30,101 nt of DNA from a virus (taxonomy: Duplodnaviria > Caudoviricetes), in the IMG/VR virus record IMGVR_UViG_3300027212_000025, positions 1-30,101 of that record, one strand, 5' to 3'. Below the pieces are notes generated by a model. It had not been told where the DNA came from, made no database searches, and worked only from the letters and a program-made list of their open reading frames with translations. Below, one piece after another: positions 24,388 through 30,101 of this stretch. The position numbers and the translations under genes were made by a program. Positions within the stretch are counted from its first letter, which is position 1; each line of letters begins with the position of its first letter.

Positions 24388-26651
24388 TTCTGTATAATGT
24401 TTATTGTTTGTATTTCTATTGCTCCTGTTCTTAACGTGTATTCAACTTCTATTGGATATACATCTCCGTCTTTTCCTGCAGGTAATGTAACATCAACAAA
24501 TTGACTTGCAGTAGTAGTGCTAGGAGAAACTGTTACTCCTCCAACTGTGCTTCCTATTTTAGTAGATTCAGCATCATTAATAAAATTGATAGGCACTGCA
24601 ATAGTTCCACCTCCAACTCCAACGTAAGGGATTTGAGTTAAGTTTAGTATTGGTCTAAAATCTAAAATCAATTGAAAGTTTACCTCACCTGTTGTTAGGT
24701 TTGACTGCATTGAATTTATGATGTATCGTTTGTCTCTAATTACTAATCTATCGTTTAATTTTAAGCCTGTAAGTAAACTGATAGGAAGTATCGTTTTTAC
24801 GCTGATTAACCTTTGTTTAAGATTGTAAAGATTGTACAAGTAAGAAAAGTAATACGTTCCGAATAAAGTTTGTTGTACAGGTACATTTAACAACGTGGAA
24901 ATATCAGGTGCGAAGTTTAATGTGTAGTCTGTAAGGTTGGTTCTTAAATCCTGCCCAAATGGTGTGTAACTTGTAATTGTAGTTGTTGAAGTTCCATCGT
25001 TAAATTTAAAGTCAACTGTTTGGTTCGTGTATTGATAAAGTAGAATAGGTTTAGGAACGTAAGGAGCAAACTCGTTGTTGAGTGAATAACCTACTTGTAA
25101 ATCTGTACCTGTGAATTTAGTCTGTAGTAAGTTCTCGAATGGAACTTCTAGAGTAAACTCATCGCCATCGTAATTGTATTGATAGGATGTGTCTCCATAT
25201 TCACGCATAAATAATTGACTGAACTGCTTATTTAAGAATGATTCCGAGTTTTGGTATTTCATCGTAATCTTCTTGTGGAGCTTCATTTTGTCTACATCAA
25301 TAGTATCTACGTCCGTATATTTAGAAATATTTACAACCGCTCCTGCAGAGTACCAATCGTCTAATGGTTCTAACTGAAAACTATTTTCTAAAGTTGCATA
25401 GCACGTTAAATTAAATATTTTACAAATTCCGCTAAAGAAATCACTAATCTTCATTACTGGAGAGTTAGAAGCTAAGTCTGTATTTAAAATCAGAACATTG
25501 TTAGCACAAGTAGCCACACAAATAGCGTGTATGGTAAATGCACCTGATACAATTGCAGTAATCGTATAAGTTACAGAAACATTAATTGTTGATGCTAGAT
25601 TAGTTCTTATTTTAAAATTATAAGTAGAATCCAATCCTATAGTGTCTTGAATTGTAATCGCAGATAATGCTCCTGTTCCTAAAAATGGAATGCTTTGAAT
25701 TAAGTTCGTGTTTTGATAAACATCTATAAATCCTCCTGTGGTTGGAGACATTGAGTTTATGTTTACTACAATGCTATGATTTCCACTATTTAAACCTAAG
25801 TATTGAACTCTAACTGTATTATCAGTTAAATTAAAAGCATTACTTGCATCGTTTCCTGATGATGATAAACTTGTAAAATCAATATCTTCTGCTTCCGAAA
25901 AGAAGTTAAAATCATTTCTATTTTTGTACCACAAGAATAGCTTAGTAAATCTTTCGTCACTTAAAAATGTACCTGCAAAACCAACTGAGTATTTATCAGC
26001 GATTGCAGTAAATAATTCTTTTACTCTAACTGCAGGAAATAACTCATCGTAGTGAATATGTCCTGAAGTTTGGTGAATGTCGTGAGAGCTGCTCGTAGGT
26101 ATCGTTAACCACGTTGGACTGATTGACGTTGGAGCATTGCCTTGATATGTCCATATTCTATTAGAACTGATTAAAGGGTATTTTACAGGATAGGTGTCAG
26201 TAGTATCTGTGATTCGTGTTTTCACTTGCGTTCCATTGTACAAATGGTTTAAGCTCGTGTAATCTAAATCAGATAATAAATCCTCTCCAAAGTAATCTAG
26301 TAACGTCTTACCCTCTCCGTAAAACATAAGCGTGTAACTTTCCGCTGCTCCTTTTTTAAGTTGTGATTTCTCAATCTGAATCTTACCACGTCTAAAAAAA
26401 GTTAAGTCAATTTCTATAAACGCATTTCTACGAATGTTGTGGTCTATTGTTGCGTCTACATCGCTTTGATAAAAGTGTTGTAAGATAGCATTGTTGTAAG
26501 GCGAAGCAGGAACTGTAAAGCTCTGAGAAAAGTCCGTGTAAGTCTTTGAGATGTCAGCTACGTTCTGCTGAGTTGATGTTACCTGAATTTGCTCATCGTT
26601 GAATAGTTCGAGTCTTTGTCCTTCGATATATACTTGTACTTTTCTATTCAT
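24384..26651 (-). CDS. Large tail/baseplate hub (Tal-like) structural protein
   Basis: 755 aa; N-terminal DFSQSFTVPAS..NN typical of tail hub proteins; beta-rich inserts; next to the tape measure gene. Confidence 0.6.
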   Translation of the reverse strand: MNRKVQVYIEGQRLELFNDEQIQVTSTQQNVADISKTYTDFSQSFTVPASPYNNAILQHFYQSDVDATIDHNIRRNAFIEIDLTFFRRGKIQIEKSQLKKGAAESYTLMFYGEGKTLLDYFGEDLLSDLDYTSLNHLYNGTQVKTRITDTTDTYPVKYPLISSNRIWTYQGNAPTSISPTWLTIPTSSSHDIHQTSGHIHYDELFPAVRVKELFTAIADKYSVGFAGTFLSDERFTKLFLWYKNRNDFNFFSEAEDIDFTSLSSSGNDASNAFNLTDNTVRVQYLGLNSGNHSIVVNINSMSPTTGGFIDVYQNTNLIQSIPFLGTGALSAITIQDTIGLDSTYNFKIRTNLASTINVSVTYTITAIVSGAFTIHAICVATCANNVLILNTDLASNSPVMKISDFFSGICKIFNLTCYATLENSFQLEPLDDWYSAGAVVNISKYTDVDTIDVDKMKLHKKITMKYQNSESFLNKQFSQLFMREYGDTSYQYNYDGDEFTLEVPFENLLQTKFTGTDLQVGYSLNNEFAPYVPKPILLYQYTNQTVDFKFNDGTSTTTITSYTPFGQDLRTNLTDYTLNFAPDISTLLNVPVQQTLFGTYYFSYLYNLYNLKQRLISVKTILPISLLTGLKLNDRLVIRDKRYIINSMQSNLTTGEVNFQLILDFRPILNLTQIPYVGVGGGTIAVPINFINDAESTKIGSTVGGVTVSPSTTTASQFVDVTLPAGKDGDVYPIEVEYTLRTGAIEIQTINIIQK

Positions 26652-27697
26652 TACACTACTGAGTTAATTGTGTCGTATGCGTATTCAAAGTCTAGTTGGT
26701 AATTAATCATATGTGTGTTGATGCTTTTGAAAAGCTCAGTTGATTTCGTGTTTATTTTTACTGGTAAAGAATCAAGTAGAATCCTCTCGCTTAACATTAG
26801 TTGTCTAATCGTTTCTGAGAAACTTTCGTTTACCCAATCGGTATTTACTTTAATCTGTTCTTTTGCGTTTGTGTTAAAGACTTTTCTTTGTCCTTCTTGA
26901 ACGCTATAACTTGGGTATGTTGCAGGCATTAAATTGTACTCCGTGTTTTCTACGTTGATAGATTTGTTACTCGCTTTGAAGAACCACTCAGTTTGCCAAG
27001 CTCCGTATTTATTTACAAAGTCGCATCTTACAGGCGTGTATTTACATTCTCCTTTCGGTTGGAATGTTGCAGTCCATACCGTAGTTCCTCCATTAATGAT
27101 TTCTACTTTGTTTCCTGCACTTAAATACGATGAGAATACTCTAGGATAGTCAAGTACGTTTAACGTTCCTAAAGACGAAGTATTGGTTGCACCTGTAACT
27201 AGGTTTGTGTATTTGATTGTATCTCCTGAAATATTTTCTATTGTGATGTGTCCGTAACTTCCGCTGCCATCTAAATAATAGTTGAACGTGTTTTGGTCTA
27301 AGTGAACTCTGCTAAGATTAGGATTTGCTCCGTCCGTATAATTTCCGTACCCTTCGTAAGCTCTGTAAGTTAATGTAGAACCAAACTGCACAAATGAACC
27401 TGTAGTTTTCTTGAATGTTTTGATTCCTACCCAACACCATTGAGCAGATGGATTAGCTGCACTTGTTGTTGTAATGTTTTGTAGTGTGTTGTGATTGATA
27501 AACTCACGGATGTAAGGTGATACATCGTAGTAAGTTGCAGGTGCAGTTGATGAAGGTATTTGCTTACTTAATGTGTAAGCAGGTGAAGCAGGCATTGACG
27601 TACTATTTCCGTTCCAAAGAAATATCTGTATCTGAGAAGCAGTTTGTGATGCTTCGTTTATTGTTAGAATGTAAGGTGAACGTGCGAAAATTGCCAT
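26651..27697 (-). CDS. Tail structural protein (distal tail-like)
   Basis: 348 aa, FVNKYGAW...QLMLSE C-terminal region; position in the tail module. Confidence 0.5.
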   Translation of the reverse strand: MAIFARSPYILTINEASQTASQIQIFLWNGNSTSMPASPAYTLSKQIPSSTAPATYYDVSPYIREFINHNTLQNITTTSAANPSAQWCWVGIKTFKKTTGSFVQFGSTLTYRAYEGYGNYTDGANPNLSRVHLDQNTFNYYLDGSGSYGHITIENISGDTIKYTNLVTGATNTSSLGTLNVLDYPRVFSSYLSAGNKVEIINGGTTVWTATFQPKGECKYTPVRCDFVNKYGAWQTEWFFKASNKSINVENTEYNLMPATYPSYSVQEGQRKVFNTNAKEQIKVNTDWVNESFSETIRQLMLSERILLDSLPVKINTKSTELFKSINTHMINYQLDFEYAYDTINSVV

Positions 27698-28207
27698 CTA
27701 TTTTTGTGTTGGAAATGTTGTTGTGTTAAATAATTTTATTGCGTCTAATCCAAATGCTTCTACTAATTGCTCAGGCAAACGCTTATACGCTTTCTCAAAT
27801 GGTTTAGTAAAGAACAAACTAGGCTTGATTCCGTTAAAGTAAACTGAACGTGCAATAGCAAAAGACAAAGACTTTCTGTTTTTAAACTTTCCTTTTTCTC
27901 TAGGTGCTAATCCTTTACGAACTACCCACTTGTCAAATGCTTTTGCTGGTGGCATTTTGTTCGTGTATTTGTAGTCCGTATTGTACTTCTTTTTAATACC
28001 TGAAACTCCTTTGTCCTGATAGAATCCGTACTCCTCCATTGAGAAGTCCATCTCAAATGAATTAGGATTAGCTTTGACATTACCTTTAATAGAGTTATAC
28101 AAACTCTTAGAGGAGTTCTTTCCACCCCTCGTAAGATTTGCTTTAGATTGACTAACTACATAGTCTCTAAACTTGTTTAACTCTATTTGTAACTCACTCT
28201 GCTTCAT
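27698..28207 (-). CDS. Putative neck/tail completion protein (HK97 gp10/Mu gpG-like)
   Basis: 169 aa, basic; SLYNSI and FAIARSV...GIKPSLFF. Confidence 0.55.
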   Translation of the reverse strand: MKQSELQIELNKFRDYVVSQSKANLTRGGKNSSKSLYNSIKGNVKANPNSFEMDFSMEEYGFYQDKGVSGIKKKYNTDYKYTNKMPPAKAFDKWVVRKGLAPREKGKFKNRKSLSFAIARSVYFNGIKPSLFFTKPFEKAYKRLPEQLVEAFGLDAIKLFNTTTFPTQK

Positions 28208-28331
28208 CCGTGTTTTCAGTAGGCTTCGCAGCTTCGTTTAAGATGTTTAAAATAGGAACTCCAAACTTCATCGGTAGTTCACTCAAGATTGCTTCTAATT
28301 GCTTTACTTGCTCTTCGTTTAATGTTAACAT
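28194..28331 (-). CDS. Hypothetical protein (45 aa, not in ORF track)
   Basis: MLTLNEEQVKQLEAILSELPMKFGVPILNIL...DEAE. Confidence 0.65.
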   Translation of the reverse strand: MLTLNEEQVKQLEAILSELPMKFGVPILNILNEAAKPTENTDEAE

Positions 28332-28341
28332 ACTTTGTTTT

Positions 28342-28611
28342 TTAGATTAATACTACTCCGATAGCATCAGCCACATATTGATTGACCACGTTGTTATCAG
28401 TCCCCCAAGTTACGAATTGTTCCTCAGTTAGAGTATAGTTCCCTTGACTTAATTGCTTTCCGTCTTCGGTTAGTAATTGCCAATACGTTGTGCAAGTCGT
28501 TGCAGTCGTTTCAAAGTTCAATACAAGTACGCTTAATCGTGTTGCAGTACCTTCGTTAAGTGGGTAAACGATTGGTTGAATCGCTACTCCGTTTGTGTTT
28601 GTTGTTTCCAT
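28342..28611 (-). CDS. Hypothetical protein, possibly tail-fibre associated
   Basis: 89 aa directly after the fibre gene. Confidence 0.6.
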   Translation of the reverse strand: METTNTNGVAIQPIVYPLNEGTATRLSVLVLNFETTATTCTTYWQLLTEDGKQLSQGNYTLTEEQFVTWGTDNNVVNQYVADAIGVVLI

Positions 28612-28627
28612 TATTTATGTTTAAAGT

Positions 28628-30052
28628 TTAAAGTGATACCCAAATAGTACCGTTATAAAATTGAGGTAAGTTTAAGGTTAAGTCATATACAATCAATCCC
28701 GTTGCGGGTGAAGCAATAGCGTTCTTTTGTGTGGTTGTCATTCTTGGAGGAAGAAAGCCTTTTGTGGTGGAAGTTACATTTAGTAAAGCACTTGCAACGT
28801 CAGTAGTAGAACCTATAATAACATTGTTAGTATTTCCTTTTATGAACAATGCATCTGATGTTAAAACGTCATTGTAAAAAGTAAAATCCCCTGCACCATA
28901 TGTAGCAATAGACCATTTTCTAACTGAACTTAAAGATAATTGAAAACCCGTATTTGTTGCGTGATTTATATCAATTCTCGTAGCTACTGCATTTGTACCG
29001 CTTATTTGGAAAACATTTTGAGCGGATGCACTCACCCTCGCAGTCCCGTTAACATCTAACTTGAAACCTGCATCGGTTGTTGTGTTGATAGCAAAGTTTC
29101 CCGTGCTGAATAGTGTTGCTTGAGCGGTAGAAGAAGCACCTGCACCAAACTTAATGCGACCCGTTGCGAAGTCGTTTATTATTGCTATGTCGCCAATAGT
29201 TGCACTATATAAATACGAATCGCTTGAAGCAATAAATTTATAGCTATTTGTTGATGCTGAATACTTTCCTAATCCTATAAAACCACCTCCTGTTGTTGCT
29301 CTTAGTTCAGCAGTAGATGCAGTTCCACTTGTGGTGTTGGAGGCATTTATTAAAGTTACTCCGTTCTGATTTAGCGAAATAGTCGTATTCCCACTCACCC
29401 TCGCAGTACCGTTAACGTCAAGTTTGAATCCTGCGTCTGTGTGTGTTCCGCCATCTTGGATAAGTAGGTTACCCGTTGAAAACAAGGTCATACTTTGAGT
29501 AGCTGAAACCCCACGAACAAACAAAAGTCTTCCCGTTGTTTGTCTTGCACCGATAAACATATTTCCCGCAAATGGTGAACCCGTTGCAGTACCTCCAATT
29601 TGAAACGAACCTATGTTATTGTTTGCGTTGTCATACATATTCATCCCACAAAAACCACTACTCGATGTGCTTCTAATTGCTAAAGTTGCATCAGTACCAG
29701 ATATTTTAAATGCTGAGGAAGACGCTACAAAGTCAGCTCCAATTATAAACCCTCCGTTTATTAGTAATTTTGCATTCGTGTTATCCCACGAAAAGTTAGC
29801 TGATTCTTGAACTACATTTCCCGTACCTTCAAACAATACACGTCCAACAGTACCCGATGTGATTGCAGTAGTACCGATTGTGATTCCCGTAGCTCCTGCA
29901 GGTGAAATCTCAACGTATTCTGAACCTGTCCAACGATATGTCTTGTTAGTGTCCTCTGCTATGAAGATTGTTTTGAGCGTACCTGTTGCAGGAAATGCTG
30001 CTAGGTTTGCGTAGTTCTTTACCTGTGATGGAATGTTAATATCTATTGCCAT
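28628..30052 (-). CDS. Tail fibre/receptor-binding protein
   Basis: 474 aa, G/T/S/A-rich; duplicated TDAGFKLDVNGTARVS; C-terminal KGFLPPRMTTTQKNAI...GLIVYD...YNGT.W module. Confidence 0.8.
   Translation of the reverse strand: MAIDINIPSQVKNYANLAAFPATGTLKTIFIAEDTNKTYRWTGSEYVEISPAGATGITIGTTAITSGTVGRVLFEGTGNVVQESANFSWDNTNAKLLINGGFIIGADFVASSSAFKISGTDATLAIRSTSSSGFCGMNMYDNANNNIGSFQIGGTATGSPFAGNMFIGARQTTGRLLFVRGVSATQSMTLFSTGNLLIQDGGTHTDAGFKLDVNGTARVSGNTTISLNQNGVTLINASNTTSGTASTAELRATTGGGFIGLGKYSASTNSYKFIASSDSYLYSATIGDIAIINDFATGRIKFGAGASSTAQATLFSTGNFAINTTTDAGFKLDVNGTARVSASAQNVFQISGTNAVATRIDINHATNTGFQLSLSSVRKWSIATYGAGDFTFYNDVLTSDALFIKGNTNNVIIGSTTDVASALLNVTSTTKGFLPPRMTTTQKNAIASPATGLIVYDLTLNLPQFYNGTIWVSL
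29029..29440 (-). repeat. Internal direct repeat in the tail fibre gene (two ~49-bp copies, 363 bp apart)
   Basis: 29029-29077 and 29392-29440 both encode TDAGFKLDVNGTARVS and share CACTCACCCTCGCAGT exactly. Confidence 0.85.
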
Positions 30053-30101
30053 ACTAAATTAATTGTTTGATTGCTTAAAGTTGCGAATGTTGAAGTAGCT
30101 A
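29962..30101. repeat. Terminal direct repeat, right copy
   Basis: Matches 1-140 with two mismatches. Confidence 0.95.

Noticed and set aside
13869-28125. Nested minus-strand ORFs 13869..14057 and 27922..28125
   Set aside because: Short alternate-frame ORFs inside larger genes, with no slippery site, lipobox or start context.
29029-29440. DGR template/variable repeat pair
   Set aside because: There is no reverse transcriptase, and the differences are synonymous rather than adenine-specific.
2448-29810. All plus-strand ORFs in the track (e.g. 20530..21048, 2448..2774, 17276..17599)
   Set aside because: They are antisense shadows of well-supported minus-strand genes, with no motifs or plus-strand expression signals.
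1-30101. Alternative genetic code, tRNAs, or an integrase/lysogeny module
   Set aside because: Standard code 11 gives near-complete gene tiling; I saw no cloverleaf, recombinase or divergent repressor.

Overview
This window looks like an essentially complete, circularly permuted ~29.96 kb AT-rich tailed phage genome. It is siphovirus-like, and its TAnnTTTG promoters and A-rich, SD-less start regions point to a Bacteroidota (probably Flavobacteriia) host. All credible genes are on the minus strand, and the ends share a 140-bp repeat. The early region has small ORFs, an initiator with an internal iteron origin, an SF4 helicase, a C5 DNA methyltransferase, NinG, an ERF annealase, an exonuclease and an SSB-like gene. 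It is followed by an ECF-type sigma factor, TerS/TerL, tail genes, head genes, a lysis cassette (holin, GH108 endolysin, u-spanin-like) and a metallophosphoesterase. I saw no integrase, tRNA or CRISPR array. The most interesting signals are regulatory. (1) Four exact TGCAAC-N17-GTTTATA promoters precede late operons, three of them positioned to give leaderless mRNAs, and they fit the phage ECF sigma factor. (2) A ~50-nt promoter-to-terminator unit is antisense to the start-codon regions of several early genes (candidate anti-TIR sRNA). (3) A two-hairpin kissing-loop/terminator leader precedes the replication genes. (4) A -1 frameshift gene has ~270 nt open in both frames. (5) Small genes are joined by a shared stop/start repeat encoding KQQEQ. 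Protein calls come from recognising motifs by eye, with no database searches.
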